UHGV virus genome: UHGV-1374671
DNA: 64,000 nt
Reading direction: 5' to 3' (one strand)
From: a virus
The position numbers and the translations under genes were made by a program. Below the pieces are notes generated by a model. It was not told where the DNA came from. It ran no database searches and saw only the letters and a program-made list of their open reading frames with translations. Positions 1 through 10,142 of the stretch are shown piece by piece. Each line of letters opens with the position of its first letter. Position 1 is the stretch's first letter.

Positions 1-230
1 GCGTTGCCCCGGCGGCGGCTGCGGTTCCGGCAGTGCCCGGCAAGTCGGCCTTCGGCAGTGCGAAGAACTGGCTGAAGAATCGGCGTGCCCTCAAGGAACC
101 GGTTGCGGCTCCCAAGATCGTTCCCACCCAGCCGGACACCAACCAGGTGAAGTCGGCGTCTGCAGAGATGCCGCTGGCGCACCGCATTCTGCTCGGGCTT
201 GCCATTAACGGTATGCCGAAGCCGGAATAA
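1..230 (+). CDS. 3' end of an upstream gene entering the window (frame open from nt 3, stop TAA 228-230)
   Basis: ORF track entry 33..230 is open back to position 3 in the same frame; a terminator hairpin follows. Confidence 0.4.
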   Translation, partial: VAPAAAAVPAVPGKSAFGSAKNWLKNRRALKEPVAAPKIVPTQPDTNQVKSASAEMPLAHRILLGLAINGMPKPE

Positions 231-250
231 ATTATACTCCAAGTATAAAA
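231..250 (+). promoter_or_regulatory. dyad motif copy 0 (ATTATACTCC AAGTATAAAA), near-perfect 9-bp inverted repeat
   Basis: AGTATAAAA is the reverse complement of TTTTATACT; same motif family as copies at 16073, 31275, 44574, 46083 and 61077. Confidence 0.5.
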
Positions 251-253
251 TCG

Positions 254-279
254 AAAGGAGCTCTTCGGGGCTCCTTTTT
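254..279 (+). terminator. rho-independent terminator-like hairpin
   Basis: aaaggagc / tcttcggg / gctccttt gives an 8-bp stem, followed by tt. Confidence 0.6.
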
Positions 280-324
280 GTTTCCACGCTGCGCCTATTT
301 TAAAAAGAAACGACAGGGCTGACT

Positions 325-3300
325 ATGGAATCCGTAATCCCCGTTCATTATCATCAATTACCGCTCATCACCGGGACGGATATTGTCTACGAAGAGGCAC
401 TCCCGCTCTGGGACATGAATGCCAAGCGTATCATAGTCGGAGACGGTGTAACGCCAGGAGGCGTACGCATCCCGAACTTCAATGACGACCTGTCCTATGT
501 GCGCAAGTTCGTACTGGCCGATACTACGGCAGTGACCAAGGACTGGCTGATCTGCACCACTCAGCTTACCGTGAATCTTCCGGAGGATGCCACCGCCATG
601 TCAGTGGTGCGTATCTCCACGCTGGCGGATGTGGAACCGGTTACGGTCAAGACAGGTGATACGGTGGTGCTGACACTTGGTTCCAGCACCACCGTGGAGC
701 TGGTGTACGGAGACACCGGATGGGTTGTCACTGAGAACACCAGTGCGGCGGCGGACATGGGAGAATATCTTAAGCGCGAAGCTCTGATGCTGAACGGAGC
801 AGCGGCCCAGCTGGTGTCCTTCAAGTCCATGACACAGTCCGCATATGACCTCATTACTCCTGTCATCGACGCAGTATATTTCATCAGAGACACCGGTAAA
901 CTGATCTTCAACGGCGTCGTCTACGGCTCAGGAGGTGGTGGCGGTGGAGAGAGTGGCGTTTCCACGTATCTGTATGTGGCGTATGCGGCAGATGATACCG
1001 GAGCCGGGTTCTCGTTGATACCCACGGACGACCTTCCTTATCGTGCCGAGATTCATGTGCATGTCGAAATTCAGAACCCAACGCTGTCCGATTTCGCCGA
1101 TGCCGTGTGGATCAAGTACATCGCCACCGGTGGAGGCGGTGGAGAGGGAGGCGCGCCGCGCCAGGCCTTCACCAAGGACGACGTCACAGTGGAAGCCACC
1201 GGCGACGACCAGAACGCCGCTTATCTGACACTGTCTTCGATGTTCACGGTTGTCGGCATTCTGGACAACGAGGGAGTACAATGGAATCTGCCATCCCAGT
1301 CGGTCAAAAAGTTGGACAACTCCACTCGCGTGGACATATCTAGTGTGTTGGCTGACAAGGGGATAACTGCTGACAAAATTGTGGACATCTGGTATGTCCT
1401 TTTTGCTGCGTCAGAGAGTGGTGGGGGTACCGGAGGATCTGTTGCCTGGAGCGACGTTACAGGGAAGCCTTCCACATATCCTCCTGCTGCGCACACCCAC
1501 ACCATTTCCCAGGTGGATGGTTTGCAGACCGCGCTGGACAACGCCGGCAAGGTGAAGACAGTCAATGGCATTTCTCCGGATGACACCGGTAACATTACCA
1601 TTGAGACTGGCGGCACGGTGAAGACGGTCAACGGAATCTCTCCTGACGAGTCCGGCAATGTCATTATCGACACCGGATCCGATGTGGATGAGAATCGGCT
1701 GCTGCCCACTTCCGCCAATCACGAGGACATGCTGATTTTCGACGCCACCAGTACGGTCGGCGGAGGCAATGACGAAAGCACCAAGTTTCTGATTCAGATA
1801 CCGGCGGGTGGCAGTCTCATCACGGATACGGCAGCAGGCAATCAGGCTGCCGTGCCCATAGAGGACAACGGCGTTCAGGTCAACGCAGAAGGCGAGATGG
1901 TATTCAGCGGTTCCAATTACTTGAAGATCGCGGCTAATACGCTGCCTGCTGATCTGATGGGAACCGACATGGAGTTCACCATTGACATCCTGTACACTGC
2001 CGAGAGCAAGAGTATACAGTGCCTGTTTGGACGCGGGGACAGCCCCCGTATGGATTTCCTGTTGCGCAGCAGCGGTGTCATGGAGATCGGCGGCGGCCCC
2101 AATCTTGGAAGCGGCTGGCCTTTCAATACCCAGACGCTGCTTACCTTTGATTTGTGGAAGCTGGACAATACCTGGAATTATGCTGTGTACCGCAACGGTT
2201 CTGTTGTTACGACAGGCACCTGGGGGACGGCCAATTTCCGTGGATCTGACCTGTGGATCGGATGGGAAGGCAATACCAGTGGCCGAGAGATGACCGGTAA
2301 GATCAAGGCTTTCAGGCTTACCAACAAGGCGCTGTACAAAGGTGTATCGTTCTCTCCGAATTATCCGTGGAGTGTTCCTGTAAATGTCGGAGAATGGGGT
2401 ACTGTCAACAAGTCCGAGTTTGTGACCAAGGACAGCAACCGCCTGTTACCGGCAACAGATACGGTTCCGTCCGCCAACGTGAACAATCCAGTGATCTTCA
2501 AAGCAATCAGTCGGATTGACAAAACGTACTGGCTGTGTCTGCCTCTCAATGAGGATACGCTGGACAGGTCGAACTACGAGGTGCTTACGACTGTGGAGGG
2601 CACTGCTCCCATTGTAAGCAACGCACCCAGCACTCCCGGTGGTTCGATATACTTCAACGGAAGCTCCTGTTTGCATGGAGAGCTGCCGGCTGCGTTTGGT
2701 GTAGGCGATTTCACAGTCCGCATGTGGATGATGGCTCCTTCCATGACCAGTAGCACGTACCCCCGAACGCTTTTCTCCACGCGCAATGGCAATGCTACCA
2801 GCGGCTCCACCTTCGCGCTGCACTGTCAGCCGGACGGGAACCTGTTCATCTACTCCAACACTGACATCACTCCTCGGGACACTGCTCCGCTCAAGTTGCA
2901 AGCCGGTGTCTGGTACCACCTGGCTGTGGTACGTAAGAACGGTGTCATAACGATCTACGTCGACGGCCAGACATATGCGTCCGGCAATATGACCAACGGC
3001 CTGACCCGCCAGGTGTTCAGCATTGGCGCTTCCTGGGGTTACAGCAGTTACAACGAGGCAGGCACTGTGTACATCTCGTCGCTGGACGTGCTGAACTACG
3101 CAGCGTATGACGGTGAGTTTACAACTCCGACTTACCAGCCCGGAATTCTGGCCGGTGCTGGTTACGAAGTAGCGACGGACGACGAAGTCAAAAGCATGCT
3201 CAGCGTGGCAGGAATTGACGAATCGCGACTGCTGCCCGACCCGGCGGCGGTTTCGGCCAGTCTTGCCGGACACCCGGTGGTGTTCGACGTTCAGGAACTG

Positions 3301-5721
3301 GGAGGAACGGGGGATGCGAATACTCTCCTGCTGATGCATTTTGACGATGACACTGTTGATTATTCTCCGAATGCGCACAGCGCAACGAAAACCGGTGATG
3401 TGTCATTCCAGACCGGTAAGTTCGGAAAATGCTTGAAGTTTGCCTCCGCCTCCGGCGGTTCGTATTTGCAGATTCCAAGCTCAACAGCGTTCAATCTGGC
3501 CAACCGGTCTGCTTGGACATTTGATGTTTGGGTATACATCTCGCAGACGCCGGGGTACACTGCAATACTTGCACAACGACAGGCCAGCAGTCCGTGTTCC
3601 TATCAATTCTGTTTCAGCAGCGGTACTCGGAAACCGCAGTTGTACACGGGAAGTGCGTATGTAGCGACAGGAGAAGTGCCGTTGAATACATGGACGCATG
3701 TTGCCTTCACCTATCTGAACGGAACGTTGAAAATCTGGATCGGCGGTCAGCTGGATTCCACCTTTACAAATGTGTCGCTCACTGATTACGACCTGCCGAT
3801 TGAGATCGGATATCACTATTCCAGCACTGACGAGCAGTTCATCGGACTTCTGGACGAACTTCGTCTGAGTTCCTGCGACCGCACCGCCGACCCGACTGAT
3901 CCGATGTACTCCGCGGACGGAACCTCGTTCACGCCGCCCGCCAAGCCGTATGGGGTCACCTCAAACCGGTTCAAAGTTTCAGACGATGTATTGGTGAGCA
4001 GCGTCAATGACGTGAAGCCTGATGCAAAAGGAAACATCACGTTAGATGCGACAGACATTGTGGAAGAATCCAGACTGCTGCCCACATTGGATTCCGTGCC
4101 GGTCGACCGAAGTGGTAATCCGGTCGTGTTTGATTATCAGTCCGGCATTGACGCGGACACGCTTTGTCTGCTGCACCTGGACGACGCCTCCTGGACGGAC
4201 GCCACGGGAAAGAACACGGTGACGCAGAACGGAAGCGTTGCCAAGGTGTCCGCTAATGGGTACTTTGACAATGCCCTTGATCTCAGTGCCAACCTTAACT
4301 CCGGCAGCCTGAGCTGGTTGACGATCCCGTGGCTGGCAGAGTATGAGAACAGCACCTGGACAATGGAGTTTTTCGCCAAGCCCACCAAGGCTGTGGTGAA
4401 CTTCATGTTTTTCAGTTTCGGCAATTCTCAAGGTTCGTACTTGTCGCTGGGATCTCAGAGTCTTACGAACCTTTGGCTCGGCAACGGGTCTGGTACTTAT
4501 ACCGGTTCGATCAATATGCAGCTCAATACCTGGTACTGGTTTGTTGTGCAGTACGACGGCGCTGCTGTTAAGGTCTATGTGGATGGTACTCTGATTGTGC
4601 AGGGTAACTTCGAGCCGAATTACATTGGCCAGGATCTGCAGTTCGGTAATCTGAATCTGGTCAACAACCAAGACAATACCTTCATCGGGTACCTGGATGA
4701 GTTCCGCTGGTCGAAGGGGCTGCGATACCCCACTGGTGTGATGACCAGACCTGAGGAACCGTTTGGCACCCCTACTAAGAGCTACAAGGTGTCGGAAGCG
4801 GATCTGGTGTTTTCAGACAGCACCCGCCTACTGCCGGAGACTCCCGATAATGGTGCAATTCCGTGCTTCAACAGCACTCCGCCAGAGGGTGTCAATTATA
4901 ATGACTCTCATACTGTGATGCTTGTTCAGGGATCCACTACCAATATGGCACTGGGTACGAAGCTGCCGTTTATGGTGACTGGCACAGTCTCTGCGCAAGA
5001 GGACGGTTCTTTGCTATTTCCGTCAGGCAGTGATAAGCTGGTTACTACGAGTGCAGCGGAAGTAAAGAGGGTGTTCGGAGGCGAGTTCACAGTAGACGTC
5101 TATATGAAACCGACACAGTTTAATAACACAAGTAGACAGGACACTAACTTTTTCTACTTAACCGGGCCGTCTACGTATTACATCTATGGCAGTAACTATA
5201 ACGACTCCGGGAGCGCTGTACAGGATAGGTGGGGTGTTTGGGCCTACGCTGGGCAACGGGTTATTACGTTGCCCAATGCCGAGTATCATCATGCAGCGCT
5301 TGATGTGTACCTAGTGAGCGGTAGCAGGAAATACACCATCTACTATGACGGTGTTCCTGTGCTGACCGGTGACTGGTACACAGATGGGTTGGCAACGGCA
5401 GAAGAAACTACAGATGCGGTGATCACGTTCTTCGGGACTTCAGGTGAGGCCAGCCTTACCAATGCCTACGTGAAAGCGCTGCGTGTTTCAGATATCGCCA
5501 GGTACAAGGGAGTACAGTTTACACCGCCTGCTCATGGTACGTATGGCAACCCTCCTGCAGGCTATTGGGATACGATCAACAAATCCGAGTTTAAGGCGAC
5601 AAGGGTGCGCATTCTTTCTCGTGATCCCAGTACCAGACTGGCCGTAGTTCAGCCGCTGAGACTCCGCAATGGTGTATGGGAAACAGATCCGGATGCCCCT
5701 GAGAAAACTGTGAAATATTGA
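325..5721 (+). CDS. tail fibre / receptor-binding protein with five tandem ~260-aa LamG-type (Laminin_G_3 / ConA-like) modules
   Basis: 1798-aa ORF. Five module starts marked by [DE][ES]xRLLP...P[VI][VI]F[DK]. Each module ends with a LamG_3-like motif (LDE[LF]R[LW]S, FRLTNKALYKGV, ALRVSDIARYKG). Gly-run linkers and a tandem 20-aa repeat VKTVNGISPD[DE][TS]GN[IV] lie between nt 1555 and 1680. Confidence 0.7.
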   Translation: MESVIPVHYHQLPLITGTDIVYEEALPLWDMNAKRIIVGDGVTPGGVRIPNFNDDLSYVRKFVLADTTAVTKDWLICTTQLTVNLPEDATAMSVVRISTLADVEPVTVKTGDTVVLTLGSSTTVELVYGDTGWVVTENTSAAADMGEYLKREALMLNGAAAQLVSFKSMTQSAYDLITPVIDAVYFIRDTGKLIFNGVVYGSGGGGGGESGVSTYLYVAYAADDTGAGFSLIPTDDLPYRAEIHVHVEIQNPTLSDFADAVWIKYIATGGGGGEGGAPRQAFTKDDVTVEATGDDQNAAYLTLSSMFTVVGILDNEGVQWNLPSQSVKKLDNSTRVDISSVLADKGITADKIVDIWYVLFAASESGGGTGGSVAWSDVTGKPSTYPPAAHTHTISQVDGLQTALDNAGKVKTVNGISPDDTGNITIETGGTVKTVNGISPDESGNVIIDTGSDVDENRLLPTSANHEDMLIFDATSTVGGGNDESTKFLIQIPAGGSLITDTAAGNQAAVPIEDNGVQVNAEGEMVFSGSNYLKIAANTLPADLMGTDMEFTIDILYTAESKSIQCLFGRGDSPRMDFLLRSSGVMEIGGGPNLGSGWPFNTQTLLTFDLWKLDNTWNYAVYRNGSVVTTGTWGTANFRGSDLWIGWEGNTSGREMTGKIKAFRLTNKALYKGVSFSPNYPWSVPVNVGEWGTVNKSEFVTKDSNRLLPATDTVPSANVNNPVIFKAISRIDKTYWLCLPLNEDTLDRSNYEVLTTVEGTAPIVSNAPSTPGGSIYFNGSSCLHGELPAAFGVGDFTVRMWMMAPSMTSSTYPRTLFSTRNGNATSGSTFALHCQPDGNLFIYSNTDITPRDTAPLKLQAGVWYHLAVVRKNGVITIYVDGQTYASGNMTNGLTRQVFSIGASWGYSSYNEAGTVYISSLDVLNYAAYDGEFTTPTYQPGILAGAGYEVATDDEVKSMLSVAGIDESRLLPDPAAVSASLAGHPVVFDVQELGGTGDANTLLLMHFDDDTVDYSPNAHSATKTGDVSFQTGKFGKCLKFASASGGSYLQIPSSTAFNLANRSAWTFDVWVYISQTPGYTAILAQRQASSPCSYQFCFSSGTRKPQLYTGSAYVATGEVPLNTWTHVAFTYLNGTLKIWIGGQLDSTFTNVSLTDYDLPIEIGYHYSSTDEQFIGLLDELRLSSCDRTADPTDPMYSADGTSFTPPAKPYGVTSNRFKVSDDVLVSSVNDVKPDAKGNITLDATDIVEESRLLPTLDSVPVDRSGNPVVFDYQSGIDADTLCLLHLDDASWTDATGKNTVTQNGSVAKVSANGYFDNALDLSANLNSGSLSWLTIPWLAEYENSTWTMEFFAKPTKAVVNFMFFSFGNSQGSYLSLGSQSLTNLWLGNGSGTYTGSINMQLNTWYWFVVQYDGAAVKVYVDGTLIVQGNFEPNYIGQDLQFGNLNLVNNQDNTFIGYLDEFRWSKGLRYPTGVMTRPEEPFGTPTKSYKVSEADLVFSDSTRLLPETPDNGAIPCFNSTPPEGVNYNDSHTVMLVQGSTTNMALGTKLPFMVTGTVSAQEDGSLLFPSGSDKLVTTSAAEVKRVFGGEFTVDVYMKPTQFNNTSRQDTNFFYLTGPSTYYIYGSNYNDSGSAVQDRWGVWAYAGQRVITLPNAEYHHAALDVYLVSGSRKYTIYYDGVPVLTGDWYTDGLATAEETTDAVITFFGTSGEASLTNAYVKALRVSDIARYKGVQFTPPAHGTYGNPPAGYWDTINKSEFKATRVRILSRDPSTRLAVVQPLRLRNGVWETDPDAPEKTVKY

Positions 5722-5731
5722 GGTACATACA

Positions 5732-7078
5732 ATGAGTTTGATAGGAAGAACGAGTACAGACGGTACCTCCAGTGCGGTTGTTCTGGATGACGGTACGCTT
5801 TGGGTTGTCGGTAATAATGGCTACGGACAGCTCGGCCTTGGCGACAAGACAACCCGCTCTGATTGGACCCAGGTAGGTACCGACACTGACTGGGCCAAGG
5901 TATACATGGGCGGAAGTAACCTCTTTGCGATTAAAACCGACGGTACCTTGTACGGGGCCGGGCGCAATGCGGCCGGTACACTTGGACTTGGAAGCGCGGA
6001 TGTAGAAGTCCTTACGTTAACCAAGATCACCAGTGCACCGAAGACACTGGATATCGCTGCATCCACTTTTCAGACTTTATTGTGCGGAATGGGTGGAGGG
6101 TCTGTACATGCTGCCGGAGACGCGAGTATGTATCTTGGATACAGCGATGTTACGGAAGGCAATGTTACCACTTTTGCGAAGACCCTGAGTGGCGCGTATA
6201 AGAACGTATTCATAGTCTTAAACAACAAGTTTGGATTGGAGTACCCGGGATCGCTGGAGGTTTGGGGTAACGGCAACAACGGGCAGCTCGGGAACGGTAG
6301 TACAACACCCATAGCGACACCGACAGCTTTCTTCAGTGACCTTACGTTTTCTGATATCAGTGCACAGACCGCCAGTATCAGTACGTTTTTGATCTTTGGT
6401 GTTACCACTGGTGGTGATCTGTATTACTGGGGTAAACAGAACACAGGTACCATTGCGTCTCCTACTTTCCTGATGAGCGGGGTGAAGGCTGCTGCCAATA
6501 GACATATCATCAAGACAGATGGCTCTTTGTGGGCTCAGGATGGCTCCGATAGCACAACGTTCAAACAAGTAGACCCGGGTCCCTGGACTGCCGTGCATGA
6601 CGGAGGTACCGCTGTCATACTGGAGAAAGAAGACGGCACTTTATGGGGGTACGGCTCCTCCAATACGGCATTAGGCCTCACAGAAGAAACTACGGTGCCG
6701 ACCCTGCTGCCTATCTCAACAGTACCTTCCGAGTATGGGATCATTGTCGGGGATTTGTTGGTATACACTGAAGGGGAAGATGACACAGAAAACAAGGACA
6801 ATGCTGTTTGGCATGTACTGAGCGATAGTCCGGCGATCGCATTGGACCGTGCCAACGGGGAGCTTCAGAAGGTCATACTGACGCAGGATTGCACTTTGAC
6901 TGCGCCAATCTTGACTAAAGACAGGTCCACGCTGCTGTTACAGGTAACCACATCATCGAACAGTACGCAAGTCATTGTCGGAGGCACCATTGTTGTGCAG
7001 GAGCTCGGTATTCACCAAATCGGCTGGTTCTTTGATGGTTCTACTACCCGTAGATATCCAACTGTGAAGGTGGTGTAA
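5732..7078 (+). CDS. RCC1-repeat (beta-propeller) protein
   Basis: Repeated GxNxxGQLGxG blades (GNNGYGQLGLGD, GRNAAGTLGLGS, GNGNNGQLGNGS); RBS gagg upstream. Confidence 0.7.
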   Translation: MSLIGRTSTDGTSSAVVLDDGTLWVVGNNGYGQLGLGDKTTRSDWTQVGTDTDWAKVYMGGSNLFAIKTDGTLYGAGRNAAGTLGLGSADVEVLTLTKITSAPKTLDIAASTFQTLLCGMGGGSVHAAGDASMYLGYSDVTEGNVTTFAKTLSGAYKNVFIVLNNKFGLEYPGSLEVWGNGNNGQLGNGSTTPIATPTAFFSDLTFSDISAQTASISTFLIFGVTTGGDLYYWGKQNTGTIASPTFLMSGVKAAANRHIIKTDGSLWAQDGSDSTTFKQVDPGPWTAVHDGGTAVILEKEDGTLWGYGSSNTALGLTEETTVPTLLPISTVPSEYGIIVGDLLVYTEGEDDTENKDNAVWHVLSDSPAIALDRANGELQKVILTQDCTLTAPILTKDRSTLLLQVTTSSNSTQVIVGGTIVVQELGIHQIGWFFDGSTTRRYPTVKVV

Positions 7079-7515
7079 TGGTCAGTAAGGTGTTTGAGCT
7101 GTATAGACGCGCTGCAATGGGGGATGGGAATTTAGGTACTCCTGTACCCCGTCCTGCTATCCAGATACTGTCTGTTACGGCGGCAGACAGCATGCACGGA
7201 GAGGTGATCATTACAATCACAGCCAAAAACACAGGTATGGCTAACGGTCAGTTTTTTGTGACCGCACATGGTACATATCAAGTAGGAGATGACTCCACCT
7301 ACACAGGAGACATTGTATTCAAAAGCAGTGGTAGTACATTGCGCTTGACTCCGCAAGAGGAGCAGACAATATCCTTGCAATCTGACAGGTTCGCAAGCGC
7401 TGGACTAAAAGGAACAGGCAACGTAACTGTTGTTTTTGTGGGGGATATTGTTGGGCCTGTTGAGAGGTCTCTTGCTTTCAGTTGGAATTATCCGGGTATG
7501 GGAACTGGAGATTGA
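7078..7515 (+). CDS. hypothetical protein
   Basis: ATG overlaps the TAA of the upstream gene; 145 aa. Confidence 0.55.
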   Translation: MVSKVFELYRRAAMGDGNLGTPVPRPAIQILSVTAADSMHGEVIITITAKNTGMANGQFFVTAHGTYQVGDDSTYTGDIVFKSSGSTLRLTPQEEQTISLQSDRFASAGLKGTGNVTVVFVGDIVGPVERSLAFSWNYPGMGTGD

Positions 7516-7596
7516 GTGTATGCACCGCTGCGCAATAGTAGAGAGTCCCGGCACTGCTTTGGGTATTTATATGTCATATCATGACTGGAGGACATA

Positions 7597-8157
7597 ATGA
7601 TTTGGTCTCAACTTAAGACAGCGGCCCAGATGGCTTCTGCACTTGTCCGCAAAGGATATCTGGCCACCTGGTATGAAAAGGACACAAACGGCAGCATCCT
7701 GCACAAGTACAAGGATGAGACTGGGGCAATCGGACTTATCTCCGGAGGTGGAAGCAGCCCAGCTCCAGCTGCATCTGCAGGTCGTTTCTACGTCCCGATA
7801 CCGACCGGCGATGGTAGCACCATCACTGAGCTCTATGTGGAGATGCTGTTCTCGGAGTCAGGAAATTTTGCCACGGACGGCATCAGTGTCAACATGCAGA
7901 ACGCTGCGTCTGCTATGAAGGGCGTGACTACGGTTATCGAAGATGACGGCTCCAGCAAGCCGGAACTGGTGTCCATGACGTCAGCTGGTGTACCCGTCGA
8001 GTTCTTCAGTACATCGCTGATTGTGGACATGGAAGATCTCGGCTCCGGAGGTTTGAACCTGCTGGATACCAGCAAGACCTACTACGGAGCTTACCGATGG
8101 AGGTCCACAATGGAGAACGACACCACCAACACCCCGTGGCGGGCTATCACATTCTAA
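7597..8157 (+). CDS. hypothetical protein
   Basis: RBS ggagga 7 nt upstream; 186 aa. Confidence 0.6.
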   Translation: MIWSQLKTAAQMASALVRKGYLATWYEKDTNGSILHKYKDETGAIGLISGGGSSPAPAASAGRFYVPIPTGDGSTITELYVEMLFSESGNFATDGISVNMQNAASAMKGVTTVIEDDGSSKPELVSMTSAGVPVEFFSTSLIVDMEDLGSGGLNLLDTSKTYYGAYRWRSTMENDTTNTPWRAITF

Positions 8158-8170
8158 ACAGGAGGCCAAT

Positions 8171-8776
8171 ATGAAAAGATTTCTGATCAGTGCCTTGCTG
8201 CTGGCAAATACGGCGTTGTTCGCTTGCTGGGGCACGGCCGAGGACTACGACAAGGCGTTTATCTACGCGGTCAACAACTTTGTCCGCACCCAGCTGGTGA
8301 GCCTCACGTATCCGCCCACGTTTCAGAACGGAGGTAACGTATCCTTCCCGGCGACGATCAACGTGCGCATCAGCCCCAACGAAACCGGCAACCCTGTTAC
8401 GAAAGCCGTGCTTCAGTACCGCGTCGGAGAATCCGGGGAATGGACCACGGCTGTTACACTGGACAATCCGAAGTGGGAACTTGACATCATGACTCCCAGG
8501 CCGGTGTTCGGTATTGACGTGATCAAGATCAACCCGATCCCAGCACAGGGGACCAGGGTGTACATCCGTATGTATCTCACAGACGGTGTGTACGAGACCT
8601 TTGATCTGGAGAGCAACGAGACACCGCTGGGTGCCTTCTCCTGCTACGTGACCAGCACAGGCCGTGCGGTTCCGCAACTGGCCCCTGTGAACGCCTTGAT
8701 CGAGAACGCTGACGGGCAGATACAGCCTGTTCAGCTCGCCTCATTGATGTTTACGAACGAACAGGAGTCGAAATGA
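8171..8776 (+). CDS. secreted hypothetical protein (N-terminal signal peptide)
   Basis: N-terminus MKRFLISALLLANTALFACWG is signal-peptide-like; RBS caggagg. Confidence 0.6.
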   Translation: MKRFLISALLLANTALFACWGTAEDYDKAFIYAVNNFVRTQLVSLTYPPTFQNGGNVSFPATINVRISPNETGNPVTKAVLQYRVGESGEWTTAVTLDNPKWELDIMTPRPVFGIDVIKINPIPAQGTRVYIRMYLTDGVYETFDLESNETPLGAFSCYVTSTGRAVPQLAPVNALIENADGQIQPVQLASLMFTNEQESK

Positions 8777-10122
8777 ACGCAATCGGTAAAATCTCAGCGG
8801 CAGTGACTGCCGCTGCAGCCGCCACGGTAGGTACTGTCCTGTATGTCAACGACGATACCACCAACACGGCAGTCGACCAAGAAGTCAACACCAGGAACGC
8901 CATTGTTGAGGTTTGGGAGCCGCAGCTGGTTGATCTCGGCATCGTTGATATTGAAGCCAGTCTGGTGGATGTGACGGAAGGGCAGATCACGACGTACCAG
9001 CCTCCGGCGCTTACGGATCTCAATAGCTACACGCCAACTGTGCTGAAAAGCGGTGAAGGAGACGTGCTGGACATTGCAGTTGTGAGAGTGTCCGGCGACG
9101 TACTGGACCTGTCCAGAAATGCGGAAGCCGTGCGCAAGGTGGCCAATATGTTCATGGATACGCGCAACGCCACGTTTGATCCCACCATGATGAACGACGC
9201 ACACATTCTTGAAGCCTGGTACGAGGTCTACCATCAGGAAGCGCAGCCAATCAACAAGATCGCGCTTCCCAATGATATCCGGATGGTGGCGGAAGTGAGG
9301 GTACCCGACAATGGGGAACAGTATGCGACGCTGGTGGAGAACCTGGAGCACTACAAGGATCTCGGATACAACTCGGTGCTGCTGGTGTTCCATACCCAGG
9401 AATCCCTGGACTCGTTGAAGAGTACCATCAAGCTGATCAGAGATCATGACATGGGTGTCTGGTTCGCATTTGCAGGGGCCACTTCCAAAGTGGATGGCAT
9501 GACGTACCTGGAAGATACCAAGTCCGTGTTCCCGCATCCGGAGCTGCTGAAGAAGTACCTGGTGGATCTGGCGCCGCTGTGCGACGGTTTCATCGGCATG
9601 TGGAAGCGCACCAGCGCTCACTTCTTCGTACAGGATCAGCCTTATATGGACTACCTGGCACGGTGTGTCAGGGAAGGGAACCCGAACATCCCGGTGCTGG
9701 GTGAGATCTACTTCGGCCCCACTGCGGACGTCCCGGAAGTGGACGGCATCAAGAAGCTGAACTCCGGCACCAACCAGTTCAATTATCTGATTCCCCGCAA
9801 GGCCAACAATGCGTCAGGATACCTGGTCGTGAATCTCGGGTATTCCAACGTGAATGTGAAGGGTGTGTTGAATGGCCTTCTGTCAGGACAGAAAGAGGAT
9901 GATAAGTTGGTGCTGATCTCAGGACCGAACCCGGTGTTCATTTCCACCGGCAGGCCCGTGCTTACTTACAAGCAGCTCCGCAGCGTATACACAGGGCTTG
10001 AGCAGCGTTGGCTGACCGCTGGAGCCAGAGGAGTTGTCCTGTTGCACGGTGAGATGTCGGATGGCAGTGCTACGGATAAGATCAGCAACAATTTGTCTGT
10101 TTCCAAATATTTTAACAAGTAA
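8773..10122 (+). CDS. hypothetical protein
   Basis: ATGA start/stop overlap with the upstream gene; 449 aa. Confidence 0.65.
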   Translation: MNAIGKISAAVTAAAAATVGTVLYVNDDTTNTAVDQEVNTRNAIVEVWEPQLVDLGIVDIEASLVDVTEGQITTYQPPALTDLNSYTPTVLKSGEGDVLDIAVVRVSGDVLDLSRNAEAVRKVANMFMDTRNATFDPTMMNDAHILEAWYEVYHQEAQPINKIALPNDIRMVAEVRVPDNGEQYATLVENLEHYKDLGYNSVLLVFHTQESLDSLKSTIKLIRDHDMGVWFAFAGATSKVDGMTYLEDTKSVFPHPELLKKYLVDLAPLCDGFIGMWKRTSAHFFVQDQPYMDYLARCVREGNPNIPVLGEIYFGPTADVPEVDGIKKLNSGTNQFNYLIPRKANNASGYLVVNLGYSNVNVKGVLNGLLSGQKEDDKLVLISGPNPVFISTGRPVLTYKQLRSVYTGLEQRWLTAGARGVVLLHGEMSDGSATDKISNNLSVSKYFNK

Positions 10123-10142
10123 CCCAATAAAGGAGATCTACA

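Noticed and set aside
7643-7918. 91-aa + ORF nested in gene 7597..8157
   Set aside because: Different frame of a gene that has a good RBS; no independent start signal.
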